Shown here: one piece after another, positions 9,215 to 19,445 of the stretch
Layout: each line of letters opens with the position of its first letter
How positions within the stretch are numbered: position 1 is the stretch's first letter
Source of the DNA: Candidatus Poribacteria bacterium
GTDB lineage: Bacteria > Poribacteria > WGA-4E > PCPOR2b
Direction of reading: 5' to 3'
NCBI GenBank assembly: GCA_965218095.1
Contig: OZ244587.1
Location: forward strand, 384,001 to 448,000
Length of the DNA stretch: 64,000 bases
The notes under the pieces: model-generated
What the model was told of the DNA's origin: nothing
Seen by the model: the letters and a program-made list of their open reading frames with translations, nothing else
Database searches by the model: none
Program-made: the position numbers and the translations under genes

Positions 9215-11656
9215 TCAAATCACATAGACCTCCTGCGGTTCAGAGAGCTCTACTAACACATACCCATTCACCTTGAGAAACTGCCCGCTGACCATCGCAA
9301 TCCACTGCGGTTCTCCTCGTGCGTCAAGACGGGTAAAAAGATATTCACCAACAAACTCCACATCTGGCGTGGACAGTGTGGCGAAACCATCGTCAGAGAT
9401 GAGTATGAGATCAGTGTACTGCCCGTGCGTTACAGTGAAACCCGTCGCCAGTACATCCGCATCCGTACTCACTTCCATTGGCTTGACCGCTGGCGCCACT
9501 TCTTCCTCCGGACGGAGGCAAAACAGTACAGCGTTCATGACCGCCGGTAGTGAACAAGTCTTTGCGTAAGTGAGATCATAGGAAGGGATTTTGCCGGATA
9601 CCCCGGTCCATCCGGCAACTGGATCTGTTTCGCCGCACCGCAATTGCGCCTCCAGATCTGAACCATCCACCGGCGCAATCACGATGTTGCTCAACTCCGG
9701 TGCAGCCGTGCGGACAACGCCGTTTCCCATAATTTCTACATCTGCCGCGCTACCCGCCGGCACGGGTGCAATATGGAAGATCTGCTCAAGCAAATGCTCG
9801 CCTTCGCCTAAAACCAAATCGTGCAAGATGAAGTATTCGCCGTTGGTTGGGTGGGAACTTTGCGCCCTCCCCTTGACGTAGAAGATCGATCGCTTATGTT
9901 GGAGTTCAAGATCGAGACTCGAACCGTCTTCTCCCGCATAGCCCTCCTTATACCAGCCTTCCACAAAATCGAACGATGGCGTCGTCAGCCAGCGTGTATT
10001 CGGATCGGGTGTGATTTCCTCATCCGTCATGAAACGGCGGCACTGCCCTTTCCCATCAATCATCAGGCTGTTGTGCCCGCAAGTGGATCGAAAATAGCTC
10101 TCGAAATCATCATCACCCTGACAGACGCCGGGGTCAATAATCAGCGGACACCCGTAAGCGTAGAGGATAAAGTTGAGTTTGTCCTCATGCAGATGCTCCG
10201 AGCCCCTTAGCTTGCACAAAGATCCAAAGTAGCCCCCATCAAACACAAGGTACTGAGCGTCTGCACCCCAGTGATCCCGCATCACGTAGTAACCGGCATA
10301 AGGAAAGGCGTACGAAGTTTCGATGGGCAGTGTTCCAGCCTTTCCTTCCGACGCCATGTAGTGGAAGTCCTCCCGGTTGAACAAGTCGTGACCAACGCGG
10401 CAGGGCTCACGGACATCAATATAAGCCGTGCAATCGCCCAGAAGCGGGAGATGATAATCGGGTTGGCTCAGGTACATAAAGACTTCGATGACCTTCTCAA
10501 ACAGATCTGTGAAATCCTTGGATTGAGTAGACGAGGCCGTATCGAAATCTTGAAGGAGATGCGGCTGCATCAGTTTGGCGATGCGGCAAAAGTTAGAAAG
10601 GTAAGTAAAGAAAAAGTGATGGGAACTGCTTGTGCATTCAGTTTGAAAACCATCGGGGAAAAAGCACCGATCGTGAATCCATTTGTAACGTCGCAGAGCA
10701 AGTTTGATGAGTTGTTCTCCATCCCGCCACTCCGGAAAGAGAAGCGCGGCAACGGCAAGTCTGCTAGTTTCCATTTGTGCAGAGCGAGCGGTTGATTGAT
10801 GACAGACAGTGTAGGCTGAGAGGTAGAGCGCATCCTCAAGGTAGGATTTTGCCATATCGGGTGTAATACGTGATGCGTCACAAGTTTCATCATCCCACAA
10901 TTTGAGGAGGTCGGCTTTCTCGCGGAGGAAATCAACGTAGGCGAACTTCGCCTCCTCGAGATTTCCTCGTTCTAAGTCAGACTTGACCGCTTCCAGGCCA
11001 GGGTAGTCCAGATTTAATTGATTGAAGAAGTCCTGATCTGTCAGCTTAAACCACGTCCGTTTCTTCCAGCGGAGGTCACGATGCAACGTTGCGTTATATC
11101 GGTCAATCGCTTCGTCAAGGATGGGCAGATCGAACGTGACCGCTATCTCAAACGCCGCATCAACGGGCTCGACGAGATGGGGATGGGAGCGCAAATCCTC
11201 AACAGCTTCAATCGCTTCCACGGTCTGCGAGAACCCCACAAGTCGCCATGCGGCAGACTGCGGGATCTCCCGACAGACGCAACCAACAAGCGCCAGTGCG
11301 GCTCCAGCTTGCAGTCGCTCACGAGCGTGAAGTGAACTGTGATATGTATACAGGTACTCCGCGTGTTCGAGGATAATCTCCGCAAGCGATTTCCACCCTG
11401 CCTCCAGCATCGTCGGTTCATGGGCAGCAACGGCGAATGCCTCAATGAGCCTCGCTGCAACAGATTCCAACCGCCAGATCGGGTTTCGATCCGCGTGCGA
11501 GACGGGTGTCGGATTGAGGGTGGCAAAGCTGACCAACTCTTCAAAATCGGCGACGGGATCAAACCGATCAAGGATCGGCACATCCCGTTGAGCGAGGGTG
11601 CGAGCGAGGCTGTCAACCTGTTCTGGTGTAATTGTTGAGTAATCTTTAAGCGCCAT
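9215..11656 (-). CDS. Heparinase II/III-family polysaccharide lyase-like protein
   Basis: PDGFQTECTSSSH, AGYYVMR, HLHEDKLNFILYAYG-LIIDPG, GHNSLMIDG. Confidence 0.85.
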   Translation of the reverse strand: MALKDYSTITPEQVDSLARTLAQRDVPILDRFDPVADFEELVSFATLNPTPVSHADRNPIWRLESVAARLIEAFAVAAHEPTMLEAGWKSLAEIILEHAEYLYTYHSSLHARERLQAGAALALVGCVCREIPQSAAWRLVGFSQTVEAIEAVEDLRSHPHLVEPVDAAFEIAVTFDLPILDEAIDRYNATLHRDLRWKKRTWFKLTDQDFFNQLNLDYPGLEAVKSDLERGNLEEAKFAYVDFLREKADLLKLWDDETCDASRITPDMAKSYLEDALYLSAYTVCHQSTARSAQMETSRLAVAALLFPEWRDGEQLIKLALRRYKWIHDRCFFPDGFQTECTSSSHHFFFTYLSNFCRIAKLMQPHLLQDFDTASSTQSKDFTDLFEKVIEVFMYLSQPDYHLPLLGDCTAYIDVREPCRVGHDLFNREDFHYMASEGKAGTLPIETSYAFPYAGYYVMRDHWGADAQYLVFDGGYFGSLCKLRGSEHLHEDKLNFILYAYGCPLIIDPGVCQGDDDFESYFRSTCGHNSLMIDGKGQCRRFMTDEEITPDPNTRWLTTPSFDFVEGWYKEGYAGEDGSSLDLELQHKRSIFYVKGRAQSSHPTNGEYFILHDLVLGEGEHLLEQIFHIAPVPAGSAADVEIMGNGVVRTAAPELSNIVIAPVDGSDLEAQLRCGETDPVAGWTGVSGKIPSYDLTYAKTCSLPAVMNAVLFCLRPEEEVAPAVKPMEVSTDADVLATGFTVTHGQYTDLILISDDGFATLSTPDVEFVGEYLFTRLDARGEPQWIAMVSGQFLKVNGYVLVELSEPQEVYVI

Positions 11657-11916
11657 AATTCATGCATCGAAAAGCCATAGCTTTTTCTAATGCTTCTCTT
11701 ATTTCTTCTTTACCAAGATTTCAGCATATTTAATAGATTTAATGCCGGCGTGGTCTAAGAGCCTGAGATTTTTCTCAATGGATGTCGCAATTCAGTAGGA
11801 ATTATGCTCCGATGATAACATTGACGCAGAAAGATGTCAATCCGAAACCTGGATAGTATTTATAGACACTTTTCAGTCCTCTTACGCAATACGCATTACG
11901 TTTTACCCATCACGGT

Positions 11917-13041
11917 TTAGATATCTGCGACGGAGCCATCATCCTCATGCCGCCACATGTTGCGTAAACGAAACTCAGTGTGGGTACTCGCTTCAATCCC
12001 CGCTTCATCCAGCTCAATCCCCAATCCCGGTCCTGTCGGCAGATCGACATAGCCATCCCGAAAGGATAGTGGTTCTTTGAACAGCCCTTCTCCCGTGCCT
12101 CCGCCGAATTCCTGGATGAGAAAGTTGGGCGTAGCCGCCATCGCTTGAATCGACGCGGCGACTCCGACTGCCCCCGCCGCCGAGTGTGGCGCAAGGGCGA
12201 TGTAGTGAATCTCCGCAAGCGTCGCGATCTTCCGCATCTCCGAAATGCCACCGGCATGGCGAATATCGGGTTGCAGCACGGCAGCGGCTTTTTTCTCGAC
12301 AATCTCCCGGAAACCCCACCGCGTTGTATTCCGTTCTCCCGTCGCTATCGGCGTTGAAGTAGACCGTGCGATTGTCACCAGCACATCAACGTTTTCCGGA
12401 TGACACGGCTCCTCAACAAACAATAACCTAAACTGTTCAAGCTCCTTCAACATCACAATTGCCATCGCGGGGCTCAGGACGCGGTGAAAGTCGATCGCGA
12501 TATCTACTTCTTTCCCAACCGCATCTCGCATCGCCCCAATCTTCGCTACCGTTTCATCGACGACTTTCGGTGAGTCGATATAGCGAACACCTTTGGAGAA
12601 TGGCGTCGTTTTGATCGCCGTGAAGCCCTGCTCGACGCTGGCGCTGGCGCTCTGGGCGTACTCCTCTGGCGTCCGTCCGCCGGCGCCGCCGTAGACACGA
12701 AGCCGCTGCCGGCACGCTCCGCCGAGTAACTGCCAGATAGGAACGTTGAGGTGCCTCCCCATAATGTCCCACATCGCCTGCTCAAGGCCGCTCAGAGCGG
12801 ACAGCAAGATCGGCATCTGGCGGCTATAGCTCGATCGGAAGATTGCCTGCCAGTGATCTTCGATCTGAAGCGGATCTTTCCCGATTAGATATTCGCCCAT
12901 ATCAGCAATCGCCTGACTGACGACTCTGCCATGTTCGTAGTTCATCGGTTCGCCGTAGCCGACGATTCCCTCATCGGTGTACATCCGTAACAGTAAAGCG
13001 CGTTGCCGCAGCGGTGTGACTTTTAGCTCGGTAATTTTCAT
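11917..13041 (-). CDS. Galactonate dehydratase-like enolase superfamily enzyme
   Basis: KTTP, IDFHR, EEP, TGER, QPDI, APH motifs of the DgoD-like subgroup. Confidence 0.85.
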   Translation of the reverse strand: MKITELKVTPLRQRALLLRMYTDEGIVGYGEPMNYEHGRVVSQAIADMGEYLIGKDPLQIEDHWQAIFRSSYSRQMPILLSALSGLEQAMWDIMGRHLNVPIWQLLGGACRQRLRVYGGAGGRTPEEYAQSASASVEQGFTAIKTTPFSKGVRYIDSPKVVDETVAKIGAMRDAVGKEVDIAIDFHRVLSPAMAIVMLKELEQFRLLFVEEPCHPENVDVLVTIARSTSTPIATGERNTTRWGFREIVEKKAAAVLQPDIRHAGGISEMRKIATLAEIHYIALAPHSAAGAVGVAASIQAMAATPNFLIQEFGGGTGEGLFKEPLSFRDGYVDLPTGPGLGIELDEAGIEASTHTEFRLRNMWRHEDDGSVADI

Positions 13042-13065
13042 TAGTCCCTCCTTTTTCCGGGCAGC

Positions 13066-13098
13066 AACCTTGCGAAGGTTTGAAACCTTCGCAAGGTT
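13066..13098. repeat. 33-bp double-hairpin REP family A (AACCTT-N3-AAGGTT x2)
   Basis: Copies at 793, 1923, 5131, 13066, 28409, 62752; half-copies at 18668, 44287, 48414. Confidence 0.85.
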
Positions 13099-13104
13099 AA
13101 AGTG

Positions 13105-14292
13105 TTACCAATTCACGGATCTGTCCTCCCACAAGTGCTTTTTGATCTCCTCCTCGTTCAAGTCAGCCCCCCAACCGGGCTTCGTGGGTATCGTCATGTA
13201 GCCGTCGATGATCTCCGGCGGATCGGTAACGAGATCATCCTTCCACGGCACGTCGTCAATGTCGATTTCCATGACTCGGACGTTGGGCAGGACAGCACAT
13301 AGGCTCGCACTCATGTATGTCGCTAGATGGCTGTAGTAGTTGTGGGGTGCGATATTGATTTGGTAGACTTCTGCAAGATCTCCAATTTTCTTCGACTGCG
13401 TGAACCCGTTCCATGGCACATCGATCATCATCACATCGGCGGCATGCAACTCGAAATAGGGGATGAACTCTCGCATGTAAAACAGATTTTCGCCGGTACA
13501 GATCCGAGTTGTTGTGGATTCCTTGATCTGCAGGATGGCCTCCGGGGCGTACATATCGATCTCAAGCCACTGGAGGTCGAATGGTTCCAGCGCCTTGGCG
13601 ATTCGCAGACATCCCTCCGTCTTAAAGTTGAAGTTGAGGTCCAGGCAGAGCCCTACATCTGGACCGACGGACTCTCGAAACATCCCCATGAGCGTTTCAA
13701 TGTGCCGCAACAACTCAGACGTGACGATCTGATCGGTTGTGCCGGATCCGCCGCCGAATCCGCTGAAGTACACCGACGCGGGCTCACCGGGCATCACGAT
13801 GTTGGTCTTGAGCGCGGTGAAGCCACGCTCTACCACCTCTCGTCCCAAGGCAGCAATATCGTCCATTGTTTTGAGCGGCGGCGTCCCCAGCAGGCCGTAG
13901 TGCCTGGCGCGTGTTGTTCCGCAGTGAGACCAGTAGAGGCGTACGTTGTGCCGCGTGGGGCCACCGAACAACTCAACGACAGAGATACCGAGCGCCTTCG
14001 CCTTGATGTCCACAAGGGCGCACTCAATTCCGGCGATGGCTTTGGCAGCAATACCGCCGGGACTCTGGCGCGTGCCCCGGATCATGTCCCAGAACCGCAT
14101 CTCAAAGGCCCTTGGATCCTCACCGATGAGCACCCGTTCCAAATCCTTGATTGTGCCAACGATCCCGTAAGGGGATCTGCCATCGCTGCACTCGCCGTAA
14201 CCGGTGATGCCCTCATCGGTCTCAACTTTGACAAACGTCCAGGGACGCCAGCCAGCATCCACGATAAATGTATCAATGTTGGTAATTTTCAT
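13105..14292 (-). CDS. Mandelate racemase/muconate lactonizing family enzyme
   Basis: ALKTN, LDLNFN, WLEID, CTGEN, APHN, KPGWG motifs. Confidence 0.88.
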   Translation of the reverse strand: MKITNIDTFIVDAGWRPWTFVKVETDEGITGYGECSDGRSPYGIVGTIKDLERVLIGEDPRAFEMRFWDMIRGTRQSPGGIAAKAIAGIECALVDIKAKALGISVVELFGGPTRHNVRLYWSHCGTTRARHYGLLGTPPLKTMDDIAALGREVVERGFTALKTNIVMPGEPASVYFSGFGGGSGTTDQIVTSELLRHIETLMGMFRESVGPDVGLCLDLNFNFKTEGCLRIAKALEPFDLQWLEIDMYAPEAILQIKESTTTRICTGENLFYMREFIPYFELHAADVMMIDVPWNGFTQSKKIGDLAEVYQINIAPHNYYSHLATYMSASLCAVLPNVRVMEIDIDDVPWKDDLVTDPPEIIDGYMTIPTKPGWGADLNEEEIKKHLWEDRSVNW

Positions 14293-14309
14293 AAAATTTG
14301 TCCCCTAAA

Positions 14310-15017
14310 TTATAACTGTCTTTTGGCTAGTATTATATCGTCCACTGATTCAGCCTCTGTTTTATAAACATCAAATTCCGTTATGTTGTTGTTTCTTATT
14401 CCGATTTGGTATTCTATTCCTCCACGATGCTAGTGGCTTAAGAACCTATTTGTTTTGACCTCTTCATTCGACATCACCCAGTAGATGATTCTATTGACCC
14501 ATACCCCTATGAACACAAACACCTCACAAATATCCAACTTTAGCTGCTGAAAATTCATCCAAAACGGATCATCAGAACCATAGCGCAATGCTTTGGAGGC
14601 CAGGTTTCCCCGTTTTTTTGTATGTGTTGCTCGTGATGCCTTAACTTCGACGCGTATTCCATCTAGCCATAGATCGTACTGTCCTTCATAATCTGGGTCA
14701 AGAGAACGGTTGGGCTTACGAAATCTATGATCCAAGTCCTTCAAGTGTTCCTCACCCCAAACACCCCCAAAAATCCGTGGAGCCAGCCCGAAAAGATCTA
14801 AGTAACGATTCGCTGATACATAATTATCCCTTAGCTCCTCGTAATCACCGAAAGTAATCACACGGCGATCTACGAGGAATGTTAGGATGTATTCGTATTC
14901 ATTAAACGGAAACACAGATATCAAACCTCTCAACCGACTTTTCAAAACCTGCCGTTCTTCCTGCTTTAGAGAATCGGATAACCGATCAATATACGTCCGT
15001 AACTGCTGTAGATTCAT
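14310..15017 (-). pseudogene. Putative type II restriction endonuclease interrupted by TAG at 14432-14430
   Basis: YDLWL-RVEVKASR PD-(D/E)xK motif; reading through TAG gives HRGGIEYQIGIRNNNITEFDVY... to TAA at 14312-14310; coupled to upstream MTase. Confidence 0.65.
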
Positions 15018-16048
15018 TAAATATTTACCTCATCCTCTAGTTCTGGAAACGGATTATGCCATTGCCAACCTGTCTTCCCGGAATCACGATAACGTTCCAA
15101 CCGCCGAATGGTCAACTCCGCAAAAATCGGATCGATGTCAAAAGCGTATATCTTTCTATCGAGCCGTTCCCCAGCTACCAAGGTTGTCCCAGAATGGGCA
15201 AAAAAATCCACAACGACCTTCCCTGCTTCGCTACTCGATTGAAGGATGCGCTCGATCGCTTTCAACGGCTTCTGTGCGTAACAACCCGGCACATTTTCTT
15301 CCATGCGATAAAAGACTTGCTGGATGTCAACCCACACATTTCCAGGACGTATCGTCTCTGATTTGCTTCGCTCCAGGTTTTCCGTGATTCGCCCATCTAC
15401 CTCTTTGTAGTAGCCACGCAGAATCTTGGGGATATCCGTGTAGACAACCGTAAATCTTGGATCGCCTTGTGTGTAGTGCAGAAGTTCTTGGCGAACCCAC
15501 ATCCAGTTTTTCTGTGTACCATAGCCCCTTTGATTTCTCATGGTTATGAAGTTCCTCGGTTGAAGCGCTTGAAATTCTCGCATCATAATCATGAAATCTG
15601 GCAAAGGCTGGAAACCCTCCCGGTAGTCAGCGCCGATCCAAATATACAGATGGGCATTCCGGTCTAAGCACTCAAGGGCATTTCTCACCCATGTTCTGGA
15701 GAAGTCTATATACGAATCAATGTTGATCTTCGACAGGCTTTTCGTATTCGCGGCGCCGACAGCGACATTGTAAGGTGGGTCATTGATGATTAACGATGTT
15801 TTCTCATCGCCCATAATCGTTTCCAGGTCGTCACGATTGGTGGCATCCAGGACACCGACCCGATGACCGCACACCGGGTCACGCCAAATCTCGCCATATC
15901 CCAGCCGACAAAAGGGGGTTAACCGTTCTCTTAATTCGGGCTGAGTGTCAAGCCTTTTGAGTCGCTCTGATGTGGCGTCTTTTTTTGAATTATAGTGGTT
16001 CTGATCCTGCTTCATTAGAAAAAGCTGGCCTTGTTCAGGTGATTTCAT
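15017..16048 (-). CDS. N4-cytosine/N6-adenine DNA methyltransferase (beta class)
   Basis: NDPPYN catalytic motif before QKP...DFFAHSGTT SAM-binding motif. Confidence 0.9.
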   Translation of the reverse strand: MKSPEQGQLFLMKQDQNHYNSKKDATSERLKRLDTQPELRERLTPFCRLGYGEIWRDPVCGHRVGVLDATNRDDLETIMGDEKTSLIINDPPYNVAVGAANTKSLSKINIDSYIDFSRTWVRNALECLDRNAHLYIWIGADYREGFQPLPDFMIMMREFQALQPRNFITMRNQRGYGTQKNWMWVRQELLHYTQGDPRFTVVYTDIPKILRGYYKEVDGRITENLERSKSETIRPGNVWVDIQQVFYRMEENVPGCYAQKPLKAIERILQSSSEAGKVVVDFFAHSGTTLVAGERLDRKIYAFDIDPIFAELTIRRLERYRDSGKTGWQWHNPFPELEDEVNI

Positions 16049-16073
16049 TTACAATCTCCGATCTTGGGAGAAC

Positions 16074-17087
16074 TTACAACCGTTGAGGCTGACCTGTCTT
16101 TATCGACTCAATCGCCTTGACCCCAATCTTCGTCGCTCGCACGCCGTCTTTCACTTTTGCGGCGTTCACGGGATCGATGCCCTTCCCAACCCAATCGATT
16201 AACGCCTGCATCTGATCGACATAGCCGTGCGCCGCGCTGCTGTTGCGGTAATCGGGTGGGAGGTCATCTATCGTAAATTCAGCAGGCTCCACGCCCCAAA
16301 ACTTAATCGCGGGGGTTCCATAGTAGTCGTAGAGCGTTGCGGTCTTCGTTCCACCGAACAACTCGTAGAACGCTTTTCCTGCCAACGCCGGCGCTCCGAA
16401 GTCTCCATTGATGGCGCTCGTCACGCAGCCATTGGCAAACCGAATCGTTGCAACGATGCTGTCGGTGATCTCTGAAATCTTCGGGTGTGTGAAGTTGCCA
16501 CCCTCTGCATAGACGGTGACAGGTTCAGCCCCGGCAAGCCAGGACATGGCATCGAACAGATGACAGCCTTGCGAAAGGATGTTGCCGCCGCCTTCGACCG
16601 GATGGTTTGCCCAACTGTTGTCGCCCCACCGCGAATCCACAAGTTGCCCGACAATCACCAGCGGTTCCGGAATGACCTCTTTCAGTTTGGTAATGAACGG
16701 CGAAAATCGCGCTTGAAATCCAACCATCAACTTCACGCCTGCACGTTCTACTGTCGCCTCGATCTGCTCGCACGCCTTAACCGTCAGCGCCAGCGGCTTT
16801 TCGACGAAAATTTGCTTACCTGCTTCTGCGGCTTGAATTGCGAGAGGAACATGCAAATCGTGGTGGGTACAGATTAGCACAACGTCAATCTGATCGTCGT
16901 TGAAAAGAGTCTGCGTATCGGTTGTGCAATAGTCACAGCCAAATTCGCTTTGTAGTTTTTGGGCGGCTTCCTGGCGGACATCGGCAAATCCTCGCAGATG
17001 CGCCCCTTCGATGTCGGAGAGACTTCGGGCGTGGTGCCCCCCCATCCCGCCGCAGCCGATAATACCGACTCCAACTTTGTCTGACAT
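16074..17087 (-). CDS. Gfo/Idh/MocA family oxidoreductase
   Basis: GIIGCGGMG, VEKPLA, GCHLFD motifs. Confidence 0.9.
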   Translation of the reverse strand: MSDKVGVGIIGCGGMGGHHARSLSDIEGAHLRGFADVRQEAAQKLQSEFGCDYCTTDTQTLFNDDQIDVVLICTHHDLHVPLAIQAAEAGKQIFVEKPLALTVKACEQIEATVERAGVKLMVGFQARFSPFITKLKEVIPEPLVIVGQLVDSRWGDNSWANHPVEGGGNILSQGCHLFDAMSWLAGAEPVTVYAEGGNFTHPKISEITDSIVATIRFANGCVTSAINGDFGAPALAGKAFYELFGGTKTATLYDYYGTPAIKFWGVEPAEFTIDDLPPDYRNSSAAHGYVDQMQALIDWVGKGIDPVNAAKVKDGVRATKIGVKAIESIKTGQPQRL

Positions 17088-17211
17088 GATATCTCCTTCT
17101 CTTTCCTTGATGATTCACTGAATGATGGATATTATGGCAATGAGAGATGTAATGCTCATTCTATTGCGTATTACATATTACGTGAAATTTTCACAGTCCA
17201 CGTTTCACGCA

Positions 17212-18636
17212 TCACCAATACGTATACAAAATAACCTCAAACAAAATCAATTGAAGGCACAGCAGTCCCGCAACCCAATAAAAATCCGCCAAACGTCGTT
17301 GACTGAGATACTTCGCCACGGGAATCACAATAAACGGCGCCATGAAGATCCAGATCCGCTCGACCTCCATCGTGAATAGGGTAGAAAAGGTAATCACGAG
17401 CAGCGAAATCAGATAGCCAATGACGTAGATATCGATCGCCTCCCCGCTCCGAGCGTCTCGAATCGCCCTCACGACCTGCCGCAGCCACACGGTTGTCATT
17501 GGCATGCCAATCCCGATCAGGAGGGCGAACAGATTTGCAATGCTCAAGTGGACGTAAAGCCCAATCGTTTCGTATCCTGTTCCTAGTGCAGCTTCGTCTT
17601 TTTTAATGGATACCTGCATGGCCTCAAGCAGATTGAACCCTGTGAGCAGAAACATCAACAGATAAAACACGACGAAGGTGACACCCGATATCGATAACAG
17701 TATCAATATACTCTTGAATCGCTCCCGATCCACTATCAGGGTAAGCAGCGCCACAACACTGAAAAATACGCCGATGCACACGGTTGCATAGGTCATCAGC
17801 ATGCTAAATCCAAGTGCGAGTCCGGTTAAGGTCGCGTAAAATACCATTCGGTCCGAGAAGATAGCCTTGTAGAACAGGTAAACACTCAAAATCGGGAAGA
17901 CGCTGAACGGCCCATCCATTGACGTCGTCGTAAACATGACGAAGTTGGGCATGATCAGGAACAGCGCGAGGGCGTATCGTCCGACCGATTCATTATACAG
18001 TTCTTTTGCAAGCAGGTAGATCGGTATCACCACTAGGCTCGTAAAGCCAATTGACCCGAGTGATGCGGATAATAGATTATATCCGAAGATCTTGCTAACA
18101 AGCCACAGAAACAACACACCACCGGGCGGATGGGTTTGTGTGTGTCCTGACAACGTTGAAAATAGTTTCGGTTTGGCATAATCTCGGAGGAAGGATTGGA
18201 CGCCAACTTGATTAACCTTTGGCACATCGCCGTAGTATTCGTGTCTTGTCCGCGTATACGGTTCGAGGAATGCAGGCGCCTGTCGTCCGTCTACTCCTCG
18301 ATAGCCATCAATCATTGCGATGCTGATGCCAATGATGAGAAAGAAGGCAATTGAACTTACGAGGAGCCTGACGATGGACATAGTTTGTTTGAGAAAGATT
18401 CTGCGACAGAGGAAAAGGAATCCGATGAGAACAATCAGCGCGGGAAGTATCCACAAGCTCAAACTGGTTTGAGGCATCGCATAGAGGGGAACCAGATGGC
18501 GATGAAATTTTACTGCTCCAAGATTAATTGAAGCCGCTCTCATCCAGTAAGCGAGAAGTTTGTGGTAGAGAAAGAAGAAGAGGGAGAAGCAGAGGCATTG
18601 GATCGGAATGGATTGGAATAGCTGTGGGTTTGACAT
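17212..18636 (-). CDS. GT-C fold membrane glycosyltransferase (PMT/GT39-like)
   Basis: Many TM helices, HPPGG and EVERIW motifs; likely start MSNPQ at 18636 (longer ORF start lies in the intron relic). Confidence 0.7.
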   Translation of the reverse strand: MSNPQLFQSIPIQCLCFSLFFFLYHKLLAYWMRAASINLGAVKFHRHLVPLYAMPQTSLSLWILPALIVLIGFLFLCRRIFLKQTMSIVRLLVSSIAFFLIIGISIAMIDGYRGVDGRQAPAFLEPYTRTRHEYYGDVPKVNQVGVQSFLRDYAKPKLFSTLSGHTQTHPPGGVLFLWLVSKIFGYNLLSASLGSIGFTSLVVIPIYLLAKELYNESVGRYALALFLIMPNFVMFTTTSMDGPFSVFPILSVYLFYKAIFSDRMVFYATLTGLALGFSMLMTYATVCIGVFFSVVALLTLIVDRERFKSILILLSISGVTFVVFYLLMFLLTGFNLLEAMQVSIKKDEAALGTGYETIGLYVHLSIANLFALLIGIGMPMTTVWLRQVVRAIRDARSGEAIDIYVIGYLISLLVITFSTLFTMEVERIWIFMAPFIVIPVAKYLSQRRLADFYWVAGLLCLQLILFEVILYTYW

Positions 18637-18692
18637 CGTGGAAAGGTATACCTTGAATGGGGATTGTAACCTTTGAAAAGTTGTCTTATTTT

Positions 18693-18770
18693 GTAGGGTA
18701 GGAGAATGTCCCTCGCGGGACACCTCCCCCCTCCGAACCGTGTGCACACTTTCACGGCACACGGCTCTCC
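18693..18770 (-). mobile_element. Group II intron 3' relic (domains V and VI)
   Basis: Minus strand GAGCCGTGTGCCGTGAAAGTGTGCACACGGTTCGGAGGGGGGAGGTGTCCCGCGAGGGACATTCTCCTACCCTAC: AGC triad, GAAA loop, DVI hairpin, terminal AC. Confidence 0.8.
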
Positions 18771-19445
18771 GAATCCATGACGGTGAACTTCTCTAAAGTG
18801 CGGGAAGTGTTTCATCTTCCTTGCGTATTATACAACCCAACTTTCGCATCATATCCGCGTGTTGTGGTAAAATTCCTTACGGGAAACCTGCTTGGGGAAT
18901 ACTGTTGTATCTCGGTTGCTTTTGATCGTTGTGTTCCACACTCCTTTCATAAAGTGGATGGGTATCCGAAGCGGAAATTTGGGGACATAAATTATCTCCC
19001 TTCCTTTCTCTATTTTACCACATCTTTATGTTTTACTCAATATGACTTCGTAGTAAAGATAAACACCAAAATTACAAACGTTACATCCTCATTGATGCCG
19101 AAGATCACTACAAGGAGATATTGTTTTGACGGATGGTAGGAAATACGGGATCTTTAGGTGCGATCGCTCTTTATGTCCTCTACTGTTATCGGTGTATCAC
19201 GGTGAGGGCGCCTTTCTGACTCCGAAACAACTAGGTCAGCGTCGCAGAGCCATAAATCGAATCCTTCGCGTTTATGTATTCACGCTTTCGCCAGTATTCG
19301 ATAGCTTTTCACTGCCTTCGTGTACCCGATACGCTGAATTGACCTTTATACTTCACCCATCTTCAAATGATGCGAAAGGTTAGCTGATGAATACAGGATC
19401 TTTTAGACTCAGTTGGGAATTGTTCTGGGACTTCTCATACGCCTT

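Noticed and set aside
13327-14367. 346-aa plus-strand ORF and other long antisense ORFs (e.g. 36705..37370, 34177..34761, 63156..63605)
   Set aside because: Shadow frames opposite well-supported genes; no motifs
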